The notes: generated by a model not told the origin, from the letters alone. A stretch of DNA of 64,000 bases from Somniosus microcephalus (GCA_052327205.1 JBMRGM010000043.1:31806001-31870000); one strand, 5' to 3'; counted from the first letter of the stretch, positions 39,125 to 54,100 are shown. A program made the numbers and translations.

Positions 39125-42100
39125 GTAAGTGAATCTCAAATATTACCAGTGCCTTTGAAAATCTGCATCACTCACCCCGGACCCACAATCAGATTAATAA
39201 GGCTCATTGTCTAAAAGGCAGCGACGCTCTAAATTGATATTGACAGTTTCTGAAAGTAAGACATTTATTTAAAATGTGTTGAAATATCATTTGTAGGTTT
39301 CAGTTTTAAGCTGAATTTAGTGCAACAATGCTACGTTTGATTATGCAGGGTAACAGGATCTTTCTGCTCATCTAAAGAGATCCACTTTACTATAACAGGT
39401 TGCTTCTAAACAGCATAATATTTTTGCTTTACCAATTATCTAGCCTCACCTGCAGAAACTGCTTTCAAATTTCTAATTCTTGTAGTTTTGCTTATAAGTA
39501 GGAATTAACAGTGTTATGCACTTCATATCAAGTGTCAGCGTTGTCCCAGTTGTTTCACTCTTACTAAATGCTATTAATAAATGCGGTGAGCTTTGCAGTG
39601 CTTGGTCTCTGTGGCTAGCTGTTAAACTTGGTCTAAAGCATTGCTTCATGATTTTCTGTGGCCCAGACTGGCTTCTTGTTAAACATCTGCTATAGAGAGA
39701 CTGGTATAAAGATAGATTTATAGAGAGATAGAGAGGGAGAGACTTTCACACAAACACAAACACACACACACAAGCAGATAACTAAAAATGCAGAGAGAGA
39801 CCGAGACACAGATAGAGTCAAAGGGAGAGAGAGCAAGAGAGAGAGAGATTGAGATGGAGTCAATGAGTCAGAGTGAAAGAGGAAGATTAGCACACGAGAG
39901 AGACAGTGAAAGGGATACCTCAAGTCATAGACACAGATGACTGAGGGAGAGACACAAAAAAGAAGCAGAGAGAGGACATGAGGGAGAGAGAAGGAGGTAC
40001 AGACACAGAGTTAGAGACACAGGTACAATGCAACAACATGCAGTGAAACAGATAGGCAATGAGAGAGAATAAGCGTCAAATAGACAGAGAGAGAGCAACA
40101 GAGAGTGACATGCAGACAGTGACACTGACATAAGTTAATTCAGAGAGAGAGTGAGACCGAGAGATCTACGGGCAAAGGGATGAAGACCGGGAAAGTTTTA
40201 CAGAGAGAGAGTGAGTCGGCGAAGGAGAGACAGACAGAGTGAGAGACAGACAAACAGAAGGCAAACATGCAGGGAGGCGGTGGGCTAAAGATCCTTGAGA
40301 GAGACCGAGAGGGGGAGAGGGGGCAGAGCGAGAGACACACAGATAGGGACAGAGCGAGACAGAGAGAGATTACAGTCTTTTTTTCAACTCAACTATGCAC
40401 AAACACTATGATTATATTTTTTAAATTACTGGTGAAAGGGAGAACAACATACAGCAATGTGTTAACCGGGAACCATTTTTAATTTCAGGCTCGTTTAATA
40501 TCTGCTGCCTAAACTGGAGTTAACAAAGCTGAAGAAATAACATTTACTTTGATTTAACTTGAGCTAAACTGACGGCTTCAATGATTTTGGCAGCGAAATT
40601 TATAATTGTGGATCTTTACTTTTAATGTCTGATGCAATTTACTGGAATTTAGACAGAAGTGACTCCTTATGGTCAAATGCCATTGAGACTGCCTTGTTGT
40701 GAGGTTGTGACGTCAGCGCTCTGTTGTCTTGTTAGCCACTGGACCACAAGAACAGAAAACAGGAACAAACAGTGTCTGCATCTTTAATGTACCACCGACT
40801 CTTTCACCATAACCTCATCTAATTTAATAACATGGCGTTAGTTGTGGGACCATGTTAGCCACAGCTAGTTCCACAGCTTAATGCGGTAAATCTTAAATGA
40901 TGATTAGTAATGCTTAATTTGTTTGTTCTTGAGCTTATAATCGCCCCCATGTTTTATATGTTGCTCAGCACATAAACCTTGTTAAAATAATTGGCCAAAT
41001 TGAATACTTGTAACACTCACCCCATTGTATCCTAGCTGGACAAAAGGCCCAGGTTCTACATGTTGAGCAGTGACATTCAGAGACATCTGCATTGATCTTT
41101 GACCCTTTTGCAATTATTTTTGCAAAGTTTGCAGCAACAGGCATTGCCTTAGTAATGTGATTCCTCTGGTCTGAGGCCCGACAAAATCTTTCTGCAGCCA
41201 GCTGCTTGATCATGCACCTTCTTCACGACGAGCAGTAGCAACCCAGTCAAAACTTGTGATGCTGATTAGGATAAAGACGATTTAAATGAAGATAGCAACA
41301 TAAGAACAGGAGTAGCCCATTCAGCTCTTCGAGGCTGCTCTGTCATTCAATTATACCATGTTTGATCTGTACATCAACTCCAATGACGCCCCTTTGCTCA
41401 GCACATATTGTTACCCTCACTCAACTAGAGGCAGCCGTGGCTCAGTGTGTAGCACACTCGCCTCTGAGTCAGAAGTTTTCTGGATTCAAGTCGCAATCCA
41501 GACACTTGAGCACAAAAATCTGGGATCAAATTCCAGTGCAGTGCTGTAGGAGTGCTGCACTGTCGGAGCTGCCGTCTTTTGGATGATACTTTAAAGCGAG
41601 GCCCCGTCGGGGAGATTATCCCCGGTGCCCTGGGCAATATTTATCCTTCAATTAAGATAAAAAAACAGATTATCTGCTCATTATTATCATCACTGTGAAA
41701 ATTGACATCTACGGTTCCTACAGTGACTACACTTCAAAAGTATTTCATTGGCTGCAAAGCGCTTTGGGAAGTCCTGAGTTTGTGAAAGACGCTCTAAAAA
41801 TGCAAGTCTTTCTTTTTTTAACTAAAATCTATCTTGATCTCCGTATTGAAAGTTCCAATTTACACCCAGATTCCACATCATTCTTAGCGGAGTGAGTTGA
41901 ATTTTGTGAGAAGGTGCTTCCTGATTTCCATTTTAAATGGCCTATCACTAATTTTATTCGAAATGTTTCCTTCTCCATGACAGAACAAACACACTCAGTG
42001 GCTCTCAGAACAAGGACTCATTAAAATCTTTGTCAGTTTCCTTTCATCTGGCAGCAACTTTTCCATGTAGTCCTCAGACAATTAGGATCATCAAAATAAA

Positions 42101-45100
42101 TCTTATCTTTGTTCATGAGAGGGTCAATTGTCATAGTTCGGCACGCATAGACTGGTGGTAAATGTGGTGCTGCATGTTTTATGTCCCTGCCGAAGTCGAA
42201 TTTCACCCCCCAGTTATTTCCTCTTAGCAGCTGAGGTCAAATTTGAAGATGCTCTCAGTTCATGAAACATATTTTACATTGTCTTCTCTCTTGCAGTGCA
42301 AATTATTCATCAGGCGACAACACAAGGTATGATGACAATAATGTCCATTTTTGATAATCCAGTTTGTGGAATGAACGCTTCCAATTTATATCTACAGGGC
42401 AGCAGCAATCCAGCAATGGAGTAATTGTCAGCTGTTCGCCCGAGCGAAAAACTGACCTTCTGGACTCGCCACCTATGAGACATGCTCGAACATCATTTTC
42501 ATTGATTGAGTGGAAATGTAAAGTGGGCGGTTTCTCCAATGGTCGTCCAATCAGAACCCCAGATTTAAGCCTCAGCACCAAGCTTAATGTTTACCACAAT
42601 ATATTAAAGACAAAATGATTTATAAATTGGTCTGGGTAACTGCCAGCTCAGTCACCTGAGGATTGGAAGAGAGCAATCATAATTGAGTAATAAATGGATG
42701 GATAAATAGAGAGCTCTTTGATGAAGTAACAGCAAGTGCTGATGAAATGAGTGCTTAATGAACTTCCACATAACAGACCTGTGAGCAAATTTGAAACCCA
42801 TGTGAATAAGGGGAAGTGGCAGTGTGGATAAGAAATGGGCTGAGACTAAATGCAGAGACTAGTTATGAAGTGAATGTTCAGTGGTGTCTCGCAGATGTCT
42901 TTATTGGGTTCACTGTTCTGTCTGATAATTATATATCACCTGGATTTGGGTATACATGTGCACAACTACAAACCTTGCAGAATCATGAAGCTCGGAAATG
43001 TAGCAAGCATTGCGAAAGATAGAAAGAGACTTCAGAAAGAGAAAGACAGACGGCCGACGTAGGCAGATACAATATATTGCTGGAAATTGCAGAGGAAATT
43101 TACTAATATTGTACCAGGGACACGGGATTTCAGTTGCATGGAGAAACGAGGGCTGTTCTCCTTTGAGCACCGAAGTTTAAGGTGTGATTTGATCGAGCTG
43201 TTCAAAATCATGAAAGGTTTTGGTACAGTAAATAAGGAGACACTTTTAAATGTTATGTTAATTGTTATAGTTGAAACGCCTACCGGTGACAATGGGAGGC
43301 GATTGTGCCGCCCAATCTTTGGTCCTACTGAAAATGGTAGGGTGCTGAGTGTCTGCGTTAAAGCAATGGTAAGACTACCGACCCCAGTTCGAGACGGTTA
43401 CCACCCGATTTCACCAAGTTAATGTCACCTCTTAAATAGAAATTTCGATCAATAGACAGCCGTTAGGTAGCTCCCGGTTGGGACACTGAGTAGAAATACC
43501 CACTGTATTGACTACAGTAGATAGTGCATAGATTAGAAATTTCAATATTTCTAATCATAAATTCCATTTATTGTCTTTCTGCAGCTCCTGGGCCGGAAGT
43601 GCTGGTTAGTTACCCCAGCAGTGGTGTGGTAAAGGAAGGAGAGGAATTTAAGCTGCATTGTCGATACAGTGGCAAAGTTACTTCCACTCATTGGTTTAAA
43701 AATAAAGTACATTTAAATAAAACTCACAGTGAGTTTTATGAATCGCTTGCGGACAGTAGCAGTGGAGGCTCTTATCACTGTGCCCTGTTGTCAAACAAAT
43801 GGGAGAGGAGTGAACCTCTGGAAGTGGTCACCATCGGTAGGTGAACTTTGACACTTAAAATCATAGAAAATAGAAAAATCTACATTTATATGGCATCTTG
43901 CACGACCTCCGATTGCACTTCACAGGCAATTAAGTACTTTTCAATATAGTCACTGATGTAATGTGAGATAAGTGACAGCTAATTCGGGCAGAGCAAAGCT
44001 CCCACAAACAGCAGTGTAATAATGACCAGGTCATCTTTTCAATTCTATTGGTTGAGTGATTGAGCTTCCAATTATTTTTGTGGGAACTTTAACGCCCACC
44101 TAATAGGCGATACAGGGCCTCGGTATAATATCTCATCAAAAAGGCTCCGTTTCCTTCAATAATGACACCGGGAGTCTCTGGAGTGGGGTTCAAACCAACG
44201 CCTCACTATCGCAGAAGCGTTTGGGCAGCAAGTGAGCCACACCTATTGTTAGTTATTGACTGCTGAGTCAAACCGCTGGAAGTGGCCACCATCGGTCGGT
44301 GAACTTTGACCCACAGTCAGCTCAGCCTTTGTCCCGAAAAGTTAAGTTTTTAAAGAGGTCTCTCAGTAAATCGTAAGACAGTATATCAAACATGTTACAT
44401 ACTTGAACAAAATTGCCAAATGGTCACTGGGATGAAGCGTGTGGCGAGTCCACAAAGCTGAGGTCACTTTTTCCTCAAATCCCTTCAACCAGCTCTGTTC
44501 TAAACAATCCCAGCTCCTCTAGCCTCACCACACCTGATGAACAAATACCAGTCGTTCCTTGAGAGAGGGCCGAGTTTGTTGCTGATTGGTAGAATCGGAT
44601 TTCGAAGTAAAAGTTATTTGATTGACATTTGAAGGACCACATAAGGGGGTGTCAGCTGAACTTAATAAGGGACACGTGACTTTCTAATGCCACACTTGTC
44701 GCTGGGGCTTTTTGCATTATAGATGTGGTGTTCGTTACTGAAGTGATTACTATAGCTGCTCTTTAAAGGAAATAAATATAGGATGTCATACCTGTAGTTT
44801 AACATATTCCAGTTTGTGCTTACTTAATATTTCTTACATATTTTCAGCTTCTGATATGTTTTTAACTCTTGAAGTAAATCCAAGGGCCGCGCTGACAGGT
44901 GAAAGAATTATCCTGAATTGTTTGGTGTCTGACCAGAAAGGGAAAGGATACTTCCTGTGGTATCAGAAAGAAGAGATAATACATGGAACTTCTCAATCTC
45001 AGTACATCATAGCTAATGCAAAAATTGCAGATGAGGCATCTTACCGGTGTGAACGCAGAATAGGCTACAGGAAGTGGGTCTCACTGGAAGTAAACATCAC

Positions 45101-48100
45101 CATAGCAGGTTGGTCACTGGCTTTGTTGTTTTCCTCCGAAACGTGCTGCTTGTTAATTTGCTGAAAGATGGAAAACGATTCGAAGAATATTCTTTGGCTA
45201 GACAATTTCTGTTGAAATTGGTAAATATTGGCAAGTACTGGGAAAACATTACAAGCTGGGCACTGTAGGCAAGTCTCTGGTTCGCATGTGGCAAAATAAC
45301 ACACTCCGTTAACTCTAAGGGCCCCATGAATCCATAGGAGGGGAGGCCTCCATCTCCTGAGAACTATCGGGAAATGTCGTTGGAGGTCATTTGCGTTTCA
45401 TTTCCGTGCTCTCACGCTGCTGGGCGATTTCATGTGCATCCCCGTGCTCATATCACTAGGGCTGCATATGGGTTAGTAATAACAGTGTCGTTAGAATGTG
45501 GAACTCGCTCCCACAGGGAGTAGTTGAGGGAATTGCATTTAAGGTGAAGCTAGATAAACACATGAGGGAGAAAGGAATAAAAGTATATGTTGATGGGGTA
45601 GATGATGAAGGCTGGGAAGAAACACGTGTGGAAAATAAGCACCTGCATGGACTTATTGGGCTATCTGCTGTAAATAATGTGTACAATGTTCTTTGCGTCA
45701 GGAGGAGCTGTTCCGGTCTTCCACTAAATTTTCCTATCCATTTAGCTATGGCGGACCACAATAGAGGGGCCACCTGATAAACACTGGTGGTGGAGCTTTC
45801 GTCAGAATAATCTGCCAACAAAAGTCTTTTTGAGGATCCAAGGGCATCCTAAATAGAGAATATATTATACAGCTTTTTGACTTAAATACAATCACCGAAA
45901 CTCCCGCCTGCCGATCGTAGGTCCTGGGGGACTTTGAACTGCTAATTTTCAGCCGCAACCTGAACGTCCCATTTCAGGCTAGTGGCAGTGCTCCAGGGCC
46001 AAATGATGTGCGCCTGTGACTGCCGTATGCAAAGCAACGTAAGGCCATCCCAACTTAAACGGATTTGCTGCTAATGAATGGGAGATTGTAGCTGAGTCAG
46101 GCTTATAGCTGAGGCCTGGAAGATTTGGCGCACTTTTTCCATTATGTTCACAACGCACCTCTGGCACCCTGTGCCCGCTGGGCGTCTCAGAATGCAAAAT
46201 GAGCTGGATGCCCTCCTTACCGACTCTGGTGGGGTGGGTGGAATGCTCCTCAAAGAATCTGGCGGAATTTCCTTCTATTGAAATCAATGGATAGCATATA
46301 TGGCGGGTTCAGTATGCTATAACTGATCCTTTGCGCCGGATTTTCGATTCCCTTATCTGATTAGGCATTGCTTACCCGCTCTACCAACATAGATCATTTT
46401 CAGTGTTCCAACCTAGGAAGAGCTGGGCCAAATGGTGGGGAAGTGCTGCACGAGGAGGGCAATATCAATAAACCGCAATTAGAACCATCAGTTAATTCAT
46501 CACCAACTGTCCACTGCTTCCTTTCTGTTCTGTATTGGGCCCAAACTTGATTGGAGTTGGGATTGGGATTATATAACGTGTCCAATGTATTCGGGCTGTT
46601 GTAGAAGCAGTTCTCAGTTTGATTTAAGCATTTGTTGAACTAAACCACGAAATTCTGCTCCCGCTATTAGATGGCGATGTGGCCTTCCATGTCGACCCAC
46701 CTTCGGGTTTGGAAGGAGATGTTCTGATTCTGAATTGTCGGTACAGAAACTATTATTTGTGGAAAGATGTCGGTTTTTACAAAGGCAATAGAATAATCCA
46801 CTCAATGAAGTTGAATAATTGGAAAGCTCTGCATAGCATTAGAATGAATAGATCAAAAGAAAGCGGATCGTACCATTGTACTATTGACGATAAGATTTCT
46901 CGAAGTGTTCATGTTCAAGTTTATGGTATGTATGCAATAATTCAATTGGTGATATCCCTCTTTAAAATATATTCATCTTTAAGGTCCGAGAAGTTCTAAA
47001 TCTGTACAAAATTATACATAATTCTGTGATTCCGGAAAAATGTGTTCGCGTTAGTTCATAAGATGTTTATCTAACAACGTGCTACTTTAGCCGATATATA
47101 ACCCAGGGCGGGTCTCCTCCCGTGCCAGCACCAGCAGCTTTCTTTCTCCTCCCACCCCACCTCAGAGGTGAATTTGGCGGCTACCCCCATTACCACCATG
47201 TCACATCTAGAGGCTGACGGGGAGTTTGCTCCCAGGAAACCGAAATATGATGCTGCCTCTGTCCTTAACAACCACGATGAGGAGTTGACAAAAAGTACCA
47301 GCAGGTCCTCGTGAGCCCCTGGAACTTCAGTGGTGAGTCCGCTGACGGACTTTGTGGTAGGATAGAATAAGCAGTCTGCTCCTCTCCACTCTCTTTTGCT
47401 AGCATCACTTACGTGTCTGGCGTAAGCATCGTCACAGACTCCTAATAAACTATGGGAGCAGATTCCCTTGGATGCCCATGTCATCGCAGCGGGTGTGTTA
47501 TATCATCACTGATCCATCACCCTGGCCATGACAATCCGGAGTCTTTGTAATTTCAGATGCTGACAGCTGAGCGGGGGGCTGGCTGGGGACAGAGCGGTGT
47601 AGCTGTGAACATTTGTGGAGTTCACCGTGGTCATAGTATACGGTGAGATGCAACAGAGCATGGCTGAAAGAGAAAAGATCTATGGGAGGTTTCCTGCTGA
47701 AAGATAATTCTTGCCCAGCATGGAATTCCTGTTTCAGCAGAATATATTAAGTAGATTAAGTTCTCCGCAATCAAATAATCGAGAGGAAGTCCATAACACC
47801 CGCCCGCTCCAGTTTTCCACAGTACAGCTGCTGGTTACCATGAAGTATAGCCGCCCCTCGTGGCGATTCTTGGTATTGCCTTGCTCTTATTATCAATCAC
47901 TGCTAGGTGTTTAACTCAGTGATAGGATCCGTTATCTGTCAATCCAGATTCTGTTTTCACAGAACTCTTCGCCAAACCTAAACTGAGGACTGAGCCTGCA
48001 GTTGAAATATTTGAGGGAGACCAGTTAAAATTGATCTGTTTTGTTGAAACAATGGTGTCCAGTATTGGGCTGCAATACTCGTTTTACAAAAATGGCAAAG

Positions 48101-51100
48101 CTCTGAGCTTGAATGCATACAACAACTTTAATCTCACTGAGGCAGCTTCTTTGAAAGACTCGGGGACTTACCTGTGTGAAGCAAATGTTTTATACCGTGG
48201 TGTGAAAAAGAAGAGCAATGAGGTTTCCATTGTGATAAAAGGTAAGGACAACCAGCTGTAATTATTGTTCATCTTTCATTTAAACATTTCTTCATGTGAT
48301 TTATTTAAATCAACGTACCAGAGGAATCCATTCTGGTAAAGAAACATAGAAACACTGAAGCTAGGAGCAGCAGTAGGCCATTCGGCCCCTTGAGCCTGTT
48401 CCATGATTTAATGAGACCATGGCTGATCATCTAAATTCAGTACCCTGTCCCTGCTTTCTCCCCATATCCCTTGATCCCTTCCACCTTAAGAAATATATCT
48501 AACTCCTTCTTGAATATATTTAATTAATTGGCCTCAACTGCCTTCTGTGGTAGAGAATTCCATAGGTTCACCACTCTCTGTGAAGAAATTCCTCCTCATC
48601 TCAGTCTGAAATGGCTTACCCCTTATCCTTAGACTGTGACCCCTGGTTCTGGACTCCCCCGCCATTGGGAACATCCTTCCTGCATCTAGTCTGTCTAGTT
48701 CTGTTAGAATTTTATAAGTTTCAATGAGATCCCCTCTCATTCCTCTAAACTCTAGGGAATATAAGCCTAATCGATCCAATCTCTCATCATACGTCATTCC
48801 TGCCATCCCTGGTATCAGTCTGGTGACTCTTCGCTGCACTCCCTCCATGGCAAAAACATCCTTCCTCAGATAATGCGACCAAAACTGCACACAATACTTA
48901 AGGTGTGGTTTCGCCAAGGCCCTGTACAACTGCAGGAAGACATCCTTGCTCCTGTGCTCGAATCCTTTCGCTATGAAGGCCAACATACCAATTGCCTCCT
49001 TAACCACCTGCTGCACCTGCATGCTTACCTTCAGCGACTGGTGCACAAGAACACCCAGGACTCATTGCACGTCCCTTTTCCCAATCTATTGCCGTTCAGG
49101 TAATAATCTGCCTTCCTGTTTTTGCCACCAAAGTGGATAACCTCGCATTGATCCACATTCTAATGCATCTGCCATGCATCTGTCCAATCACCCAGCCCGT
49201 CCAAATCAACCTGGAGTTCCTCAGCATCCTGCTTACAGCACACACACACACCCAGCTTTGTGCCATCTGCAAACTTGGAGATATTACACCTAGTTCCCTC
49301 GTCTAGATCATTAATATATATTGTGACTATCTGGGCTTCTAGCGCTGATCACTGCGGTACCCCACTAGTCAATGCTTGCCACTCAGAAAAAGACGGGTTT
49401 ATTACAACTCTTTGCTTCCTGTCTGCCAACCAGTTCTCTATCCAAGTCCCAATCCCATGTGCTTTAAATTTGCACGGTAATCTCTTATGCGGGACCTTAT
49501 TGAAACCCTTCTGCAAGTCCAAATGTGCCACATTCACTGGTTTTCCCTTATCTGTTCTGCCAGTTATATCCTCAAAAAATTCCAGTAGATTCGTCAAGCA
49601 TGATTCACCTTTTGTAAAGCCATGTTGACTTTGTCCGATCTGGTCACTGTTTTCCAAGTGCTCTGCTGTTACATTATTCATCATGGAGTTTAGCATTTTC
49701 CCCACTTCCGATGTCAGGCTTACCGATCTTTAATTCCCCTTTTTATCTCTACTACCTTTTTTAAATAGTGGGGTTACATTAGCTACTCTCCAATCCATGG
49801 GCATTGTTCCAGCTTCTATCGAATTTTGGAAGATGACCAGCAATGCATCTACTATTTCTAGGGCCATTTCCTTAAGTGCCCTAGGGTGTAGATTATCAGG
49901 CCCTGGGGCTTTATGAGCTTTCAATGCCATCAATTTGCCTAACACCATTTCCCTACAAATAGTGATTTCATTCAATGTCTCCCTCTCATTAGACCCTATG
50001 TTCCCCGACATCTCTGGGATGTTAGTTGTGTCCTCCTTTGTGAAGACAGTACCAAAGTATGTATTTAATTGGTCTGCCATTTCTTTTTTCCCCATTGTAA
50101 ATTCCCCTGATTCTGACGGCATGGGACCTACGCTTGACTTCACCAATCTTTTTCTCTTCACATATCTTATGACGCTTTTACAATGAGTGTATACGTTCCC
50201 TGCAAGCTTACCCTCATATTTTATTTCCCCCACTTAATTAATCGCTTTGTCTCCTTTGCTGAATCCTAAACTGCACCCAATCCTCATGTTTGCTGCTTTT
50301 TCTGGCCAATTTAGATGTCCTCTCATTTGATCTTATGCTATCCCTAATTTCCCTTGTTAGCCACGGTTGAGTCACCTTTTTGTTTTATTTTTATGCCAAA
50401 CTGGGATGAACAAATCCTGTATTAAGATCTACCCACAGGTTTAACACGTAATAAATCAATTTTGAGTGCAATCTGTTTAAATCATATCGCCACGTGGCAC
50501 TTATACAATCCATACATTTGCGAAAAACTGCAAAGTTTGATGACCAGTGCCCACTCCCAGTGGGTAATATTAGCTTCCTGTAAGAATGTGGAATGGGCGG
50601 TATTTGATTTGCCTCCAATTATATATCCCGCCAGTTTTTGCCTCCCAACATTTTAATGGATAGGGAAATCGTGCATGGTCTACAGTTGGCACAGGATACG
50701 ATGCCGCGCATTATACCCCACAGTCATGAGGTGAAGTTACCTCCTCTGTTTCTGTCTGGCTGAATCAGCACAGGGCAGTAACCGGTCAGGAATAGCTGGG
50801 AGATAAATCAGACAATGCCTCATTTCTTACTAGTCCCGGAAATCTTTTATAGTTGAAAACGCTTGGGTGAAATTTAAAGTTGAGAGCACAGAAGCGGATC
50901 AGCAGACAATGGAATAGAAATTGGCCTGTGTTTATAAAGGGATGACCAATCTGCTACCATGGGTGTTGCACCCAAACCAAACTTGAATTTTCACCTCCTT
51001 CCATTTCAGTAAATGGGGAGGAAAAACGCTTGAAGTCACTAAAGTCTGTGCCTCTGAATCCCTCGGGATTTCTTTTCCATTCAGTTAGATCCAGCCAATC

Positions 51101-54100
51101 ATAACTCTAACTTTGCATTTTCAATGGAGCAGGCAATCTGAACACAATGTGACAGTTATCGATCCTGTGTCAGCAGTGGATTTCAGAAGAATTGTAGTGT
51201 CAAGAACTGAGCTTTTAACAATAACGTCCCAAAATTTGCAGCTGCTGCAACAATGATGAAGGAGACGTCACTATCTAACGCCTGGGCGCAAAGCATCGCC
51301 TGGGCTGAGAGCAGGGATCAAATTCTGGAATAGGGGAGCATTGGGATTTTTTGGAATAATCTCAGAGGACCCACAGGATTTGCCTTCCATTCATTGTTCT
51401 GCTGCACAAACACGGAAATTGTTAAGTCTGTGATAGACGAAGAACCTGTCAAATCCCTATTTCATTCTATTTTATAGAGGCCTTCTCCAACCCTACGTTG
51501 ATGGCTGAGTGTGACGCTCAATTATTGGAGGGCCAACAGTTAAAACTCGCCTGCTTCGTTGAAATATTTCGATCCAATTCTTCTTTGAGATTCGTATTCT
51601 ACAAAGATGGACAACCTCTCAATTCAGCAGCAGAACACAACTATTACATCAAGGAGACATCTAGGCCGGACGATTCGGGGATTTACCGGTGTGAAGCAAC
51701 TACTTTGAACAGTGAGGTGAAGAAACTGAGTAATGAGGTTTCCGTTTCAGTCAGGCGTGAGTAAAATTTAAGATAATTGATTATCACTTTTAAAGAGAAC
51801 CTGAAAATCATAGAAAACGGGCAGCGCTGATTCAACAGATCACCAGGGAAGTAAAATGGTTTGCAGCAGGGTAGACTTGAGGTACTGGGACTAACACTAC
51901 CGGGTTAGCCATGGCTAAGGGTTATTTCATTAGTGTTGTTTACATGCCAATTGCGAGATAGGGCGATTATGGACAGATATTCTCTGATTACAAAGACAGG
52001 AAGGAGGGATCAGTAATGTATAATTATCATTAAAGCAGGAGGGTAGCGCTTAGAAGAACCTTCTTTACATAGACGAGTGCTGGAACATAGAATGATTTGT
52101 CAGGTGGAGCGGTGGAGTTAGTTACCATTGCATTTAGGTTTGAGTATTGTTTATGGTACTGGAACAGTGCATGGCACCTGCCTTTGAATAGCAATGTGAA
52201 GGGCAACCAAGTGTGGTGTATGATGAGCGGATAATTCCACATCCTGCATTTACACCATCTTGTAAAAATTCAAAATACCCCGAGTTGTTCCTTTTAAAAT
52301 CAGTGCAAGTTGTACTGTTGGCTCATTGTCACCACCTCATTGAGGCCGGTGACAAACGAACGCTGCACATGAGTGTTTCAGTGCATAAATTTCATACCAG
52401 AAATAATCATCATGTTTGATAGCACCAAAATATTATCGTCCACTTGCTATATTCCCGGTTTGATATACAATCCTGTTGAAAACGTTCAATTTTGGATGAA
52501 AACCTATTATTTGGAATTATGTGCAGTAACTTTAGTTAGAACTAATATTCGATATCACTGATGGTACAGCACAAGGGCAAATCTGAACTAAATATTTTCA
52601 CCAATGCATTTGCAGCTGATCAGCAATTCTTGCACTAGTCTGATTTACATATCTGATTTAATCTATGTTAGTACTCAAAATAATTTCAATTTTGAATTGT
52701 CACTTGCAGAATTAGTTCTCTACATCTTCAAAATTATTTGCTTTCCTGTAGCTGGTGCTTCTCTCACTTCCATTAACGACAAAACTGAGATTTCAGCGGG
52801 GGACCGTCTCGTTCTCCAGTGCCTGGTGAAGAGAGGCACTGCACCACTTTTCCTCTGGTACCTGAACAACCAACAGTTAGGAAACAACAGCGAATCTTAC
52901 CAATTAAACACGGACGGGAGTGAGCTCATTATCAATTCATTCCAGATAGGCCACGGAGGTCGGTATCACTGTGTAGCGACCTATGAAGGAATATATAACA
53001 CAACCAGCAATTATATCAACGTCACGATACAAGGTAACAGAACATTGTGTTTGATCTGATTTTATGAATTACTTTTCTTTCGGCAAAGTAAACAGTATAT
53101 TGCATTTGCATGCTTTATATTCAGAAATGACACATCGCAGCTCAGGTGAAAATTTATAAGAATAGTTTCTGATTAAGTAATTGAACTTAACTAGGTGAAA
53201 CTCGTTCTGAAATAAACTAGCAATATTTCCCACGGGCGCATTTGAAGTTGAAATCGATAAGGATACAAAGCAGAGCCATGATCATAAAGCGACAGTGAGG
53301 GGAATATTGGGAGGGATGAGCAAAAACCTAGCTGCAAATATGGTTCCTGTGAGGATGTTTGAAGCAGGCTGTAGTAGATGTGGTTTAGGAGAGTAGAGCC
53401 AAAGCACTTTCACTCACTAATTGTCTGACAAAGGAATCGTGTACTCCCAATAGGCCACAAATCAATTGACTGAGGGCTGTATGGATGGAGATAAAATTGG
53501 AGGAGATTTTTTTAAATGATAAGGAACACGAGGACCTGGTGTTTAAAGTTGTTTCCTTCGAGTACATGAAGCTAGATGGGAAAAATGGCGAGTAGGTTTT
53601 GGTGTGGGACAGGGACGTCTGGTTTAGTTGTATTTTGTGGACGGCGGCATTAGGAGCCCAGAAAGTAAGGCATTGTAATAATCGAGTCTAGAGCTGACAA
53701 ATCCAGGAATCAGTGTTTCAGAATGACGGGGCTGAGCTGGGTAGAAATGGAATCCATTCAGTGCAGATTTTAAAAACAATTGTAATTCTTCCTATGGTGC
53801 GAGGTTGAATTTGTACTGCTTGGAACGGTTTGATGTGATTCATGGAACAAGTTTGTTTGATTCCAGCACAAAGTCAAACAACCGCGATCACAGCAACAGT
53901 TATTCCAGTTTTTCTGATCGCTGCCCTGATTGCACTGGTTTTCTTCAAACTTCGGAAGAAGAAACAAGGTGAGCAGTGTCTTACGGGCAGGTGATTGGCT
54001 CGACAGCCACGGGATGGGATTCATTACCCTCCATATTGAGTTGCATCATTCGAAATGTAGCAGAATGATTTGAGAGGGAGACGCACATTTTGGGCGGGAG

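Noticed and set aside
43585-53033. Rearranging Ig or TCR V segments
   Set aside because: The domains are C2/I-type spliced exons; no RSS, J or C1 segments were seen.
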